Notes: generated by a model not told the origin, from the letters alone. A stretch of 64,000 nt of DNA from Candidatus Falkowbacteria bacterium (GCA_037137655.1 JBAXJX010000001.1:225188-289187), one strand, 5' to 3'. Positions 1 to 9,095 are shown, counted from the first letter of the stretch. Made by a program: numbers and translations.

Positions 1-1
1 T

Positions 2-736
2 ACTATTTATGGCTACGTTGATTATTTATTCTTTGGCGGACAAAGAGAACGTTTGGCGATTGAAGAATTAACAAAAACACCCTCGGTTAGTGAGGAGCAA
101 AGATTGCAAGCTCAAGCTAAGCCGATAGAAACTTCTGTTCCACAGGCATTTGCTAATGCTGGTAACTACGATTTTTTGGCAAAAATAAATAATCCGAATG
201 ATAAATTTTTTGTTAGTTTCGATTATTGTTTTACGGACAGTGGTAAAGATCTAGCTTGCGCTAAAACTTTTTTACTGCCATCAGAAAACACTTATGTGGC
301 AGTATTTAATAGTACTAGCACAGTGCAGTCCCAACTTGGCTTTAGAATGTTTAATACGAAATGGGAAAGACTTAATTTGCATATTTATCCGGACTGGAAA
401 TCTTTTGCCAGTGATCATATAAATTTTTCTACCTCGGATATTAATTTTAAATCTTCTCAGGATAGCGGTTTGAGTGAAAAAATAAGTTTGAATTCATTGG
501 ATTTTAAAGTAAGTAATAATTCTGCCTATAATTTTTGGGAAGCGCCGTTTACTATTTTAATGTTTAATGGTCCGGCAGTTGTCGCAATTAATCACTACAC
601 TTTAAGTAGTTTTATGTCTGGTGAAATTCGTCCGATAAAAATTTCTTGGGCTGGATCAGTAGCGGCTGTAAATAAATTAGAGGTTTACCCGGAAATTAAT
701 ATTTTGAATGATTCGGTTTTTATGAAGTATAAATAG
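2..736 (+). CDS. hypothetical protein, 5'-truncated by window edge
   Basis: The frame of ORF 53..736 stays open back to nt 2, so the TTG at 53 is probably internal. No motif recognised. Lies directly upstream of the SEDS gene. Confidence 0.5.
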   Translation, partial: TIYGYVDYLFFGGQRERLAIEELTKTPSVSEEQRLQAQAKPIETSVPQAFANAGNYDFLAKINNPNDKFFVSFDYCFTDSGKDLACAKTFLLPSENTYVAVFNSTSTVQSQLGFRMFNTKWERLNLHIYPDWKSFASDHINFSTSDINFKSSQDSGLSEKISLNSLDFKVSNNSAYNFWEAPFTILMFNGPAVVAINHYTLSSFMSGEIRPIKISWAGSVAAVNKLEVYPEINILNDSVFMKYK

Positions 737-740
737 TTTT

Positions 741-1841
741 ATGTTGGATGGAATTAAAGCGCATTTAAAAAAACTTGATTGGTTAATAATATTTTCTGCC
801 GTACTATTGGCTTGTTTTGGTTTGGTTGAAATTTATAGTATTGCCTTGGGTCAGGGTGGAGAAGATTTTTTAAATTTTAAAAAGCAGTTATTGTTTGTGG
901 GACTAGGAATAGTCTTACTTTTTTTATTTTCGTTTATTGATTTTAGATTAATTAAAAGTATTCATCGCTATATCTATCTTGGTGCTATCGGAATATTATT
1001 GTTGGTTTTGGTGGCCGGACGTAGTATTAACGGTACTAAGGGTTGGTTTTCAATCGGCGGCTTTGGTATTCAACCGGTGGAATTTGTGAAGTTGGCTTTG
1101 ATTATTTTTTTGGCCTGGTTTTTTAATAACGCTTCCTTTAAAACGCGCCCCCTTAAATATTTTATTCTATCGGGACTGAGTACTTTTGTTTTGGCCTTTT
1201 TGGTTTTGGCGCAACCCGATTTTGGTTCAGCTCTACTATTGGTTTTTGTTTGGATATTTTTATTGATTGTGGCTGGATTTGATAAAAAGTATTTCATTAT
1301 AATTTTTTTGTCAGCCGCCTTAATTTTGTCAGCCGCCTGGTTTTTACTTTTTAAAGATTATCAAAAAGAAAGAGTTCTTAATTTTTTACAACCAGCTAAC
1401 AATTCTTTGGGTAGCGGTTATAATATTTCTCAAGCGATGATCGCTATCGGTTCTGGTGGTTTTGCGGGCCGAGGTTTGGGTTTTGGCTCACAATCCCAAT
1501 TGAAATTTTTGCCAGAAGCTCATACAGATTTCATTTTTTCCGTTGTTTCTGAGGAATTGGGCTTTATTGGTGTTGGTTTAATGTTGTTGTTTTACGGAGT
1601 TTTGTTTTTTCGCTGTCTATTTTTAATTCCCAGAATTAATGATGATTTTGCCATTTTCTTTATTTTGGGGTCAGTGGGCTTGATTTTTGTTGAAATGTTT
1701 ATTAATATTGGTATGAATACAGGTATTGCTCCAGTGGTGGGTATTGCCTTGCCTTTTCTCAGTTATGGCGGTAGTTCAATTTTAGCAAATTTTGTTATAA
1801 TCGGTATAATTGAGAATATTATTATTAAGTCAAAAACATAA
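741..1841 (+). CDS. rodA: SEDS-family peptidoglycan polymerase (RodA/FtsW)
   Basis: 366 aa polytopic protein with typical FtsW/RodA/SpoVE blocks (GIQPVEFVKLALIIFLAWFF, SQAMIAIGSGGFAGRGLG, PEAHTDFIFS, LPFLSYGGSS). RodA versus FtsW cannot be decided from sequence alone. Confidence 0.85.
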   Translation: MLDGIKAHLKKLDWLIIFSAVLLACFGLVEIYSIALGQGGEDFLNFKKQLLFVGLGIVLLFLFSFIDFRLIKSIHRYIYLGAIGILLLVLVAGRSINGTKGWFSIGGFGIQPVEFVKLALIIFLAWFFNNASFKTRPLKYFILSGLSTFVLAFLVLAQPDFGSALLLVFVWIFLLIVAGFDKKYFIIIFLSAALILSAAWFLLFKDYQKERVLNFLQPANNSLGSGYNISQAMIAIGSGGFAGRGLGFGSQSQLKFLPEAHTDFIFSVVSEELGFIGVGLMLLFYGVLFFRCLFLIPRINDDFAIFFILGSVGLIFVEMFINIGMNTGIAPVVGIALPFLSYGGSSILANFVIIGIIENIIIKSKT

Positions 1842-1845
1842 TCTT

Positions 1846-2475
1846 ATGGACATTAAATTACAAGCAGAACTTCGTAAAAGTGGTGAAAAAGTTGAAGGTG
1901 GTTACATTGCCGCGGTTGTTTACGGCTCAGGTTCAGAAAACAAGTCTTTAAAAGTTAAGCAAATGGAACTAGAAAAAGCTTTTGCGGCTGCTGGTGAATC
2001 AAATTTGATTGATTTGGATATTGCCGGTACTACTGTTAAAGTTTTAATCAAGGACACTCAACGTGATCCAATTAAAAACAATATTAGTCATGCTGACTTT
2101 TATTTAGTTGATATGACTAAGAAAATTCATACTTCTATCCCATTGGTGTTTGTTGGTGAATCTAAAGCAGTTAAAGAATTGGGTGGTGTTATAATTAAGA
2201 ACATGCACGAAGTTGAAGTTAAATGTTTACCAAACGATTTAGTTGATCACATTGATGTTGACATTGCCGCTTTAGTTGAAATTCATGATGCTATTTTTGT
2301 AAAAGACTTAAAAGTAGCTCCAAGTATGGAAATCTTAGCCGATGCTGGATCTTCTATTATTACTGTTATTGAGCCAAGAGTTGAAGTTGCTTCAGCTGCG
2401 GCCGCTGCTCCAGTTGCTGATAAGAAAGCTGCTGCCGATAAAAAGGCTGCTCCTGCTGCTCCAGCAAAAAAATAA
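1846..2475 (+). CDS. rplY: ribosomal protein bL25 (Ctc form) with Ala/Lys-rich tail
   Basis: MDIKLQAELRKSGEK..YGSG.., HADFYLVD and a C-terminal beta-domain are typical of L25/Ctc. ATG at 1846 preferred over the track start at 1810, which overlaps rodA. Confidence 0.85.
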   Translation: MDIKLQAELRKSGEKVEGGYIAAVVYGSGSENKSLKVKQMELEKAFAAAGESNLIDLDIAGTTVKVLIKDTQRDPIKNNISHADFYLVDMTKKIHTSIPLVFVGESKAVKELGGVIIKNMHEVEVKCLPNDLVDHIDVDIAALVEIHDAIFVKDLKVAPSMEILADAGSSIITVIEPRVEVASAAAAAPVADKKAAADKKAAPAAPAKK

Positions 2476-2490
2476 GAGCCTCAGCTCTTA
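2463..2490 (-). terminator. intrinsic terminator for prfA-prmC, hairpin built from two convergent stop codons
   Basis: TAAGAGC-ctca-GCTCTTA (2473-2490) contains the rplY TAA and the prmC TAA. The A-run at 2466-2472 gives a U-run on the minus-strand transcript. Confidence 0.5.
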
Positions 2491-3363
2491 TCTCGAATTC
2501 ATTTCAATTATCACTAAACGATCTAGCCCAGCTAGGTCGTTTTTGATTTGGTAGGTGGCCTCAGGTATTTTTTCTTCTAATAATTTAGCTATAGTTTCTT
2601 TTTGACGAGGATCAATTTCGCATAGAATGGTAATTTTAGGATTACTCAAAGTTTTAATTTGATCAAAGAGAATGCGGTAATATTTTAAACCGTCAGCGCC
2701 CGCCACGAGTGCTAGTTTTGGTTCGTGTTTAATACTGGGTGATGCTTTAATCCAATCGGGGGCTAGATATGGTAAATTGGCAGCAATAACAAGATGTTTA
2801 TTGTTATTATATTTTAAAATGGGTAAAACTTTTTGTAGTAAATTGCTTTTGATGAATTTAACATTGGGCACCTCTAAATTTTTTGCATTTTTTTTAGCCA
2901 CACTTAAGGCGGCACTGGAAACATCAATGCCAGTGCAGGGAATATTGGGTGCTAAATTTTTTGCCAGGGAAATAATAATACAACCGGAACCGGTGCCCAG
3001 GTCAATTATTTCTGGCTCTAATTCACTCTTGTTAACAATATCCAAGATTTCATCCACCATCATTTCACTCTCTGGGCGGGGAACTAAAACATTTTTATTA
3101 ACAAAAAAATCCAGACCATAAAAATATTTATGTCCGGTTAAATAGGCAATCGGCCAGAGTTTTAATCTTAAAGCTAAGAGTTTTTTGTATTTAAGTAGTT
3201 GGAATTTATTTAGCTTGTCTTCGTTGTGTGTGAGTAAGTGTTCACGACTGGTTTTTAAAATGGAAGCTAAAAGTATTTCAGCTTCTAAAGCTGAATTATC
3301 AATGATTGTTTTATTTTTATCGAGAGTTTGCCAGCCGTACTGGAGAGCCTCCTTAATAATCAT
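2488..3363 (-). CDS. prmC: release-factor glutamine N5-methyltransferase PrmC/HemK
   Basis: SAM motif IDLGTGSGCI and a catalytic NLPY variant of NPPY. Lies immediately downstream of prfA. Start moved to the ATG at 3363 (MIIKEAL) so it does not overlap prfA. Confidence 0.85.
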   Translation of the reverse strand: MIIKEALQYGWQTLDKNKTIIDNSALEAEILLASILKTSREHLLTHNEDKLNKFQLLKYKKLLALRLKLWPIAYLTGHKYFYGLDFFVNKNVLVPRPESEMMVDEILDIVNKSELEPEIIDLGTGSGCIIISLAKNLAPNIPCTGIDVSSAALSVAKKNAKNLEVPNVKFIKSNLLQKVLPILKYNNNKHLVIAANLPYLAPDWIKASPSIKHEPKLALVAGADGLKYYRILFDQIKTLSNPKITILCEIDPRQKETIAKLLEEKIPEATYQIKNDLAGLDRLVIIEMNSR

Positions 3364-3367
3364 ATGA

Positions 3368-4423
3368 TTATTCGGCGCCACCGACTTGGATTGTTTGACC
3401 TCGTTTAATGGCGCTGAGCATATCGTCGATGTCACCATCTAAAATAGTATTAATGTTGTGCCAAGAAGTATTGATGCGATGATCAGTGATTCTGTCTTGA
3501 GGGAAGTTATAAGTTCTAATTTTGTCGCTGCGATCGCCACCACCAACTTGGCTTTTGCGTGCTTCGGAGTCAGCGGCTAATTTCTCATCTTCGATTTTAG
3601 CTAAAATGCGAGAACGTAAAACTTGCATCGCTTTTTCTTTATTTTGATGTTGGGATTTTTGGTCTTGGCAGGAAACAACAGTTCCAGTTGGGATGTGAGT
3701 TAAACGAATTGCAGAATAGGTGGTATTCACACATTGACCTCCTGGGCCACTGGAACAAAAAGTATCGACGCGAATATCGCTTGGTTTGATTTCTATATCA
3801 ACTTCTTCAGCTTCCGGTAAAACTACCACGGTTGAGGTGGAAGTGTGAATGCGGCCCTGTTTTTCGGTCTCAGGGACACGTTGGACACGATGAGTGCCAG
3901 CTTCATATTTTAATTTGCCGTAGGCACCAAGTCCTTTAATTTCAAAAATGATTTCTTTGTAGCCACCAATACCAATTGGGCTGGAATCAATTAAATCAAT
4001 CTTCCAACCTTGGCGCTCCGCGTAACGGGAATACATGCGGAAAAGATCGCCGGTAAACAGGGCAGCTTCATCACCGCCGGTGCCACCTCGAATTTCGATA
4101 ATCGTGTTTTTCTTGTCATTAGGATTGGCTGGTCGCAATTCTTCTTGAATATTGTCTTTTAGTTCAATGCGACGAGCTTTTAAATTTTCCAATTCATCGA
4201 GTGCCATCGCTTTGAATTCTGGATCGCTTTCAGTGGCGATAATTTCTTCGTTATTTTTAATATCATGAATAACTTTCTCCAATTCTAAAATCATCTCATA
4301 GGCAAGCTTGAGATTGGCGTGTTCTTTGGAAATTCTAGTGTATTCTTTCATATCGGCCGTCACATTCGGGTCGGATAACTTTTTTTCCAAGTCTTGAAAT
4401 TTGATTTTTATTTCTTCGTACAT
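3368..4423 (-). CDS. prfA: peptide chain release factor 1
   Basis: GGQ motif ([11 protein letters not shown]), an RF1-type P-x-T tripeptide (PET), full length and no frameshift. Confidence 0.95.
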   Translation of the reverse strand: MYEEIKIKFQDLEKKLSDPNVTADMKEYTRISKEHANLKLAYEMILELEKVIHDIKNNEEIIATESDPEFKAMALDELENLKARRIELKDNIQEELRPANPNDKKNTIIEIRGGTGGDEAALFTGDLFRMYSRYAERQGWKIDLIDSSPIGIGGYKEIIFEIKGLGAYGKLKYEAGTHRVQRVPETEKQGRIHTSTSTVVVLPEAEEVDIEIKPSDIRVDTFCSSGPGGQCVNTTYSAIRLTHIPTGTVVSCQDQKSQHQNKEKAMQVLRSRILAKIEDEKLAADSEARKSQVGGGDRSDKIRTYNFPQDRITDHRINTSWHNINTILDGDIDDMLSAIKRGQTIQVGGAE

Positions 4424-4462
4424 ATGTGTCGATGATTTTTATATAAAATTAACCCCCTAATA

Positions 4463-4491
4463 ATTATAGATTAACATGAAGTAATCCACAA
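4463..4491 (-). promoter_or_regulatory. candidate sigma70-type promoter for prfA
   Basis: Minus strand reads TTGTGG-N17-TATAAT (-35 at 4491..4486, -10 at 4468..4463), about 40 nt upstream of the prfA ATG. Confidence 0.4.
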
Positions 4492-4516
4492 TGATTAGAG
4501 GGTTAAGTAGGAGTCG

Positions 4517-4795
4517 TTATTTTTTAGCAACTTTCTTTTCAGCTTTAGCCGCTAATTTAGCCTTTTTAGTTACAAGGCTACCAGATGTTTCTTTGGCTTT
4601 TTCTACTTTGGCGTTGAATTTTTCAGCACGACGAGCAGTATCTACCAATTTTTGTTTGCCAGTATAAAAAGGATGACAAGCGGAACAAAGATCGAGTTTT
4701 AATTCGTTCTCAGTTGAACCAGTTTCAAAAGCGTTGCCACAAGCACAAGAGACTTTAGTCATTGCGTTGTACTTTGGGTGTATTTCTTTTTTCAT
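4517..4795 (-). CDS. rpmE: ribosomal protein bL31
   Basis: MKKEIHPKY.., a CxC..CxxCHPFYTG zinc motif, and a Lys/Ala-rich tail. Confidence 0.95.
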   Translation of the reverse strand: MKKEIHPKYNAMTKVSCACGNAFETGSTENELKLDLCSACHPFYTGKQKLVDTARRAEKFNAKVEKAKETSGSLVTKKAKLAAKAEKKVAKK

Positions 4796-4937
4796 AAAAA
4801 AAATAAGGTTTTAAATCCATTAAGAGGACTTCAATCCATTTATAAATTATTAATCTTTAATTTGTAGTAAAAGGCTATCATATATTTAAAAATTGCGCAA
4901 GTCCAGGGCGGGAAATAGCTAAAAATGCCAGATGCCG

Positions 4938-4973
4938 TAAAAAGAAAAGAGGACCCGATGTTTTGGGTCCTCT
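4938..4973 (-). terminator. intrinsic terminator of orphan ORF 4980..5558
   Basis: AGAGGACCC-8 nt-GGGTCCTCT hairpin (4948-4973), followed on the minus strand by CTTTTCTTTT. Confidence 0.7.
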
Positions 4974-4979
4974 AATAAT

Positions 4980-5558
4980 TTATTCCTTTATTTTTGATTT
5001 TAAATAGACTTCGAAGAAATCTTCGGCTTTAGAAAAGTCTAAACCGATATGTTCTTCAAAGAAAATTAAAAAATCTTTATCAAAGCCATCTTCCATTCTT
5101 TTCTTATGAACATCATCGTGATGGTCGGCAGAGTATGGTTTAATTACACCATCTTTAAAATGAAAATTAGTGCTTTCGTTAAAGAAAAACAGTTCTCCGT
5201 TTTCAATTTTGTATTTGAGCTTGGCCATGTGCATATAGATAGCTAGACTATATAATTGTTGTATATCAAGGCCAAATACCTTGATAAAAATGTCATACGG
5301 AGTGTAGCTATTGTAATCAAGGCAAAGTAAGCTGCTGCGCATAAGATTTGTGTAATAATCTCCACTATTTTCAAGATTGATATAACGCTCACCATTTTTC
5401 CATTCAGTGATTAATTTTGGTCCAAGTTGATCCCAGAGTTTTATAATTGGCTCTAAGAAATTGAGACTACCTTTGTCTAAATAAAACTTAGTTTTAATTT
5501 CTATTCTATAATAAATATGGGCCAAAAAAATTATCCAAATTTTTTGTTCAGTTTTCAT
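4980..5558 (-). CDS. hypothetical protein (orphan)
   Basis: 192-aa ORF bracketed by a near-consensus promoter (5610-5638) and a terminator (4938-4973). No recognisable domain. Confidence 0.6.
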   Translation of the reverse strand: MKTEQKIWIIFLAHIYYRIEIKTKFYLDKGSLNFLEPIIKLWDQLGPKLITEWKNGERYINLENSGDYYTNLMRSSLLCLDYNSYTPYDIFIKVFGLDIQQLYSLAIYMHMAKLKYKIENGELFFFNESTNFHFKDGVIKPYSADHHDDVHKKRMEDGFDKDFLIFFEEHIGLDFSKAEDFFEVYLKSKIKE

Positions 5559-5609
5559 GATTTATAAGTATTAAATTGTTAGGGAACTATATTTATTTTG
5601 ATAATGACA

Positions 5610-5638
5610 ATTGTATCACGTTTTTAGCAAAAAGTCAA
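5610..5638 (-). promoter_or_regulatory. promoter P1 (TTGACT-N17-TGaTACAAT family)
   Basis: Minus strand reads ttgactttttgctaaaaacgtgatacaat, with an extended -10 TG. By hand count it is 25/29 identical to P2 (12360-12388) and 23/29 to P3 (22530-22558). Confidence 0.6.
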
Positions 5639-5685
5639 TATATAGCGAGATAAGCCAGTGAAATCAGGGGTTTTTTACGCGCAAC

Positions 5686-5881
5686 CATCCCCGAGCCACC
5701 ACACCTGAAGCGGGCGAAGCTTTCTTGGAAAGGTTGAGCAAGCGCGAAATCTTTTCAAAAAGATTTGCACGCTTCACCCCACACAGTTAGCGGCATTCTA
5801 CCGAAGATTATTAAAAGGACTATTTTTTAATCTTTTTTAAAAGTTTCGACCAGCTTCGGATACGGTGGGCTCGGTGAGGGC
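5686..5881 (-). repeat. inverted-repeat element: ~85-nt block U1 (5768..5686, minus orientation) plus inverted half-copy H1 (5838-5881)
   Basis: Arms 5686-5725 and 5838-5881 are imperfect reverse complements around a ~112-nt spacer. U1 is ~80% identical by eye to block U2 at 12197-12283. Confidence 0.5.
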
Positions 5882-5890
5882 TTTTTCAGT

Positions 5891-5920
5891 AATAAAAAAG
5901 CTCATCACGAATGATGAGCT
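5891..5920 (-). terminator. intrinsic terminator of ORF 5942..6277
   Basis: AGCTCATCA-cgaa-TGATGAGCT hairpin (5899-5920) followed on the minus strand by TTTTTT (5898..5893). Confidence 0.75.
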
Positions 5921-5941
5921 TGGTAATAGATGAATATTTTT

Positions 5942-6277
5942 TTATTCAATTTCGCAGTTGATTGCACCACGTCTTAACTTGGTTGAATAATAAGCTTTTA
6001 CTTTTATTGCCAATATTCCTTTCTTATTAGCCTTGCTTCTAATATCAGGGGTTAGATTTAGATTGAGAAAAATTTTAGTATCAACAAGGAAGTTAATATT
6101 CCAACATTGACCACTTCCATCTTCTGGTGAGATACCTTGCATTATTGCTGGTAATGTCATTTGTCTGCCATTATCTTCAATAATAAAATTAACTACTCTT
6201 TTTTCGGTAAAAAGGCGTAAACCATCAAATAATTCTTCTCTTGAAGGACCATTTGCAATTAGAATTGTGTTTGACAT
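5942..6277 (-). CDS. hypothetical protein (orphan)
   Basis: 111-aa ORF with its own promoter (6376-6404), a ~90-nt leader and a terminator. No recognisable domain. Confidence 0.6.
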   Translation of the reverse strand: MSNTILIANGPSREELFDGLRLFTEKRVVNFIIEDNGRQMTLPAIMQGISPEDGSGQCWNINFLVDTKIFLNLNLTPDIRSKANKKGILAIKVKAYYSTKLRRGAINCEIE

Positions 6278-6375
6278 CGTACAATGTTTTAAAGAACTCT
6301 CTAATTATTATATCAGGGATTAGGGAATACCCTGGAGCCGAAAGGCAATCTTTCCGTACGAAAAGAACTAAGGCG

Positions 6376-6404
6376 ATAATATCATATCTATCGTATTTTG
6401 TCAA
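6376..6404 (-). promoter_or_regulatory. sigma70-type promoter for ORF 5942..6277
   Basis: Minus strand reads TTGACA (6404..6399)-N17-TATTAT (6381..6376). Confidence 0.55.
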
Positions 6405-6409
6405 CATCG

Positions 6410-6438
6410 TAGACAAGAAGCTTTTCGGGTGATAAAAT
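6410..6438 (+). promoter_or_regulatory. candidate promoter for the rfbB operon
   Basis: TAGACA (6410-6415)-N17-TGaTAAAAT (-10 at 6433-6438). Back-to-back with the divergent promoter at 6376-6404. Confidence 0.4.
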
Positions 6439-6474
6439 ATAATCATCATTAAATATTAGCAATTATAAAGATTT

Positions 6475-7443
6475 ATGAAGATTTTAGTTACAGGTGGGGC
6501 TGGCTTTATTGGCTCCAATTTTATTCATTACTGGCAAGAGCAACACCCGCAAGATTATGTTGTTAATTTTGACAAATTAACTTACGCGGGTAATTTGGAA
6601 AATTTGGCTGGCATTAGTCAAAATAATTACGAATTTATCGCCGGTGATATTTGTGACGCTGCGGCGGTCAATGCGGCGGTGGCTGGTTGTGATTTAATTG
6701 TTAATTTCGCGGCCGAAACTCATGTAGATCGTTCTATTGCAGACAGCACCAACTTTATTAAAACTAATGTTTTGGGCACTCAAGTTCTACTAGAAGCGGC
6801 TAAGAATAACGGTAATATTCGTTTTCATCATATTTCCACTGACGAAGTTTTTGGCGCCCTATCGCCGACTGACCCGAAGTTTACCGAGAAAACACCTTAC
6901 GATCCTCGTTCACCTTATAGCGCCAGCAAGGCTGCCTCTGACCACCTAGTTCGGGCTTACTACCATACTCACGGTTTACCAATTACTATTTCCAATTGTT
7001 CTAATAATTATGGCCCACGTCAATTTCCGGAAAAGCTAATCCCATTGTTTGTCACTAATTTATTGGAAGGCAAGAAAGTGCCGATTTATGGTAAGGGCGA
7101 AAATATTCGCGACTGGATTCATGTGGATGATCATAACCGTGGTGTCGAGATGATTATTGCTCATGGTCGTATTGGTGAGACTTATTGTCTTGGTGGCGGT
7201 AATGAATTAAGCAACATGGACATCGCCCGTCAAATTTTGGCTTTAATGGAACAAAGCGAGGAAATGATTGAATATGTTAAAGATCGTCCGGGGCATGATT
7301 TTCGTTATGCGATTGATTTTTCCAAAGCGGAAAACGAATTGGGTTGGCAGCCGCAAATTGATTTTACTAACGGCTTAGCAGAAACCATAAATTGGTATAA
7401 AAATAATAAATCTTGGTGGGAAAAACTTAAGAACCGCGTATAG
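6475..7443 (+). CDS. rfbB: dTDP-glucose 4,6-dehydratase
   Basis: N-terminal GGAGFIGSNF Rossmann motif, YSASKAASDHL (YxxxK), and RmlB-like sequence over the full length. Confidence 0.95.
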   Translation: MKILVTGGAGFIGSNFIHYWQEQHPQDYVVNFDKLTYAGNLENLAGISQNNYEFIAGDICDAAAVNAAVAGCDLIVNFAAETHVDRSIADSTNFIKTNVLGTQVLLEAAKNNGNIRFHHISTDEVFGALSPTDPKFTEKTPYDPRSPYSASKAASDHLVRAYYHTHGLPITISNCSNNYGPRQFPEKLIPLFVTNLLEGKKVPIYGKGENIRDWIHVDDHNRGVEMIIAHGRIGETYCLGGGNELSNMDIARQILALMEQSEEMIEYVKDRPGHDFRYAIDFSKAENELGWQPQIDFTNGLAETINWYKNNKSWWEKLKNRV

Positions 7444-7475
7444 GCAAATAATTTTGCCATGCGGTAATAAAAAAT

Positions 7476-8345
7476 ATGAAATTATTAATATTGGGGTATA
7501 AAGGTAATTTAGGCGGACAACTATTGCAAGTGTTTGCCAAAAATTCGACTTACGAAATTTTTAAATTAGATCGTGAAGATTTGGATATTACCAATAGCCA
7601 AGCAATACTCGAAAAAATAAATACTATTAAACCTGACATCATAATTAATGCAACGGCATACAACGCAGTAGATAAATGCGAAGAAGAACCACGCGAATAT
7701 TCTTTGGCTAAAAAAATTAACGGCGAAGCGGTGGCTACTTTAGCGCACGCCGCCTTGGTTAATGGCGCAACTTTAGTACATTATTCTACGGATTATGTTT
7801 TTGCTGGTGACGCGACAGCTGGTTATCAAGAAAGCGATGCGCCGGCACCAATCAATAATTATGGTCAAACCAAATTATTGGGTGAGCAGGCGATTTTAAA
7901 TTTAGCGAAAGATGGTTTGAAATATTATTTAATTAGAACTTCAAAATTATTCGGACCACGTGGCGCAGCCGAAGTTTCTAAACCAAGTTTTTTTGATATC
8001 ATGTTGAATTTAGCGAAAACTAAAAGTGAGATTGATGTGGTGGATGAAGAAATTAGTGCTTTTACTTATACGCCAGACTTAGCGAATCGCACCAAAGAAA
8101 TTTTAGAAGGGGACAAGTCTTATGGAATTTATCATGTAACTAACACTGGTTATGATACTTGGTATCGGGCCGCCAAAGAATTATTTAAACTTGTTGGCGC
8201 TGATGTTAAAGTTAATCCGATTCCGGGTGATAAAATGCCGCGGCCAGCTTTGCGCCCAAAGTATTCCGAACTTATGAATACTAAATTACCAGCCTTACGT
8301 GATTATCGTGATGCTTTGCGGGAATATTTAGATATTAAAAAATAA
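7476..8345 (+). CDS. rfbD: dTDP-4-dehydrorhamnose reductase
   Basis: RmlD-like protein (YSTDYVF, NNYGQTKLLGE) in the operon position after rfbB. Confidence 0.9.
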   Translation: MKLLILGYKGNLGGQLLQVFAKNSTYEIFKLDREDLDITNSQAILEKINTIKPDIIINATAYNAVDKCEEEPREYSLAKKINGEAVATLAHAALVNGATLVHYSTDYVFAGDATAGYQESDAPAPINNYGQTKLLGEQAILNLAKDGLKYYLIRTSKLFGPRGAAEVSKPSFFDIMLNLAKTKSEIDVVDEEISAFTYTPDLANRTKEILEGDKSYGIYHVTNTGYDTWYRAAKELFKLVGADVKVNPIPGDKMPRPALRPKYSELMNTKLPALRDYRDALREYLDIKK

Positions 8346-8354
8346 TAAAAAAAT

Positions 8355-9080
8355 ATGCGTGGAATTATTTTATCAGGTGGAAATGGAACTCGTTTGCTCC
8401 CGTGCACCAAGGTAACCTCAAAACAACTTTTGCCGATTTATAATCGACCAATGATTTATTATCCGCTTAACACCTTGATTAAGGCAGGGATTAAAGAAAT
8501 TTTAATTATTGTTTCACCGCGGAACTCGGGTGATTATTTGAATTTGCTCGGTAGTGGTCGAGAATTTGGTGTGAAGTTTACTTATGAAATTCAAGATAAG
8601 GCCGATGGCTTGGCTCAAGCTTTCATTATTGGTGAAAATTTTATCGACAATGAGGACGTTTGTATGATTTTAGGTGACAATATTTATGAAGATGATTTTT
8701 CCGAGGAAATAAAAAGTTTTAAAGGTGGCGCAAAAATTTTCGCGACACCCGTGAAAGATCCAGAGCGTTTCGGTGTGGTGGAATTTGATGAACAAATGAA
8801 TGCGATTTCCATTGAAGAAAAACCGGAGAAACCAAAATCAAATTATTGTGTTACTGGTTTATATATTTATGATCACCGTGTCGTGGAGATTGCTAAAAAT
8901 TTACAAGCATCGGAGCGCGGTGAATTGGAAATTACTGATGTGAATCGTTGGTACTTAGAGCGCGGTGAATTGGAAGTAGCGAAGTTTAAGGGGGAATGGA
9001 TTGATGCTGGAACTTTTGAAAGTTTTGCGGCGGCGCAGGAATTGGCGCGCACCAAGTTACAAGATAAAATGGTAATTTAA
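8355..9080 (+). CDS. sugar-1-phosphate nucleotidyltransferase, short RmlA-like form (paralog 1)
   Basis: GGNGTRLLPCT..SKQLLPIYNRPMIYYPL signature of the glucose-1-P thymidylyl/uridylyltransferase family. At 241 aa it is shorter than classical RmlA. Confidence 0.8.
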   Translation: MRGIILSGGNGTRLLPCTKVTSKQLLPIYNRPMIYYPLNTLIKAGIKEILIIVSPRNSGDYLNLLGSGREFGVKFTYEIQDKADGLAQAFIIGENFIDNEDVCMILGDNIYEDDFSEEIKSFKGGAKIFATPVKDPERFGVVEFDEQMNAISIEEKPEKPKSNYCVTGLYIYDHRVVEIAKNLQASERGELEITDVNRWYLERGELEVAKFKGEWIDAGTFESFAAAQELARTKLQDKMVI

Positions 9081-9095
9081 TTATAATAAAAAACT

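Noticed and set aside
2342-2554. 70-aa ORF in an alternative frame of the bL25 Ala/Lys tail
   Set aside because: A Leu-rich frame artefact of the repetitive gct/aaa tail that crosses the convergent terminator.
3368-4423. Programmed +1 frameshift (as in prfB)
   Set aside because: The gene is RF1-type (PET tripeptide) and is one uninterrupted ORF.
5559-5941. tRNA, tmRNA, RNase P, SRP or rRNA fragments in the long non-coding gaps (also 11766-12435 and 23302-23607)
   Set aside because: I found none of the hallmark strings (GGTTCGAATCC-type T-arms, the GAGGAAAGTCC RNase P core, the SRP GGAA tetraloop context). These regions are reported as unknown structured repeats instead.
6225-6449. Small ORFs 6225..6449 (-) and 6241..6432 (+)
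   Set aside because: They overlap each other and the divergent promoter/leader region, and they have no start context or recognisable sequence. Probably spurious.
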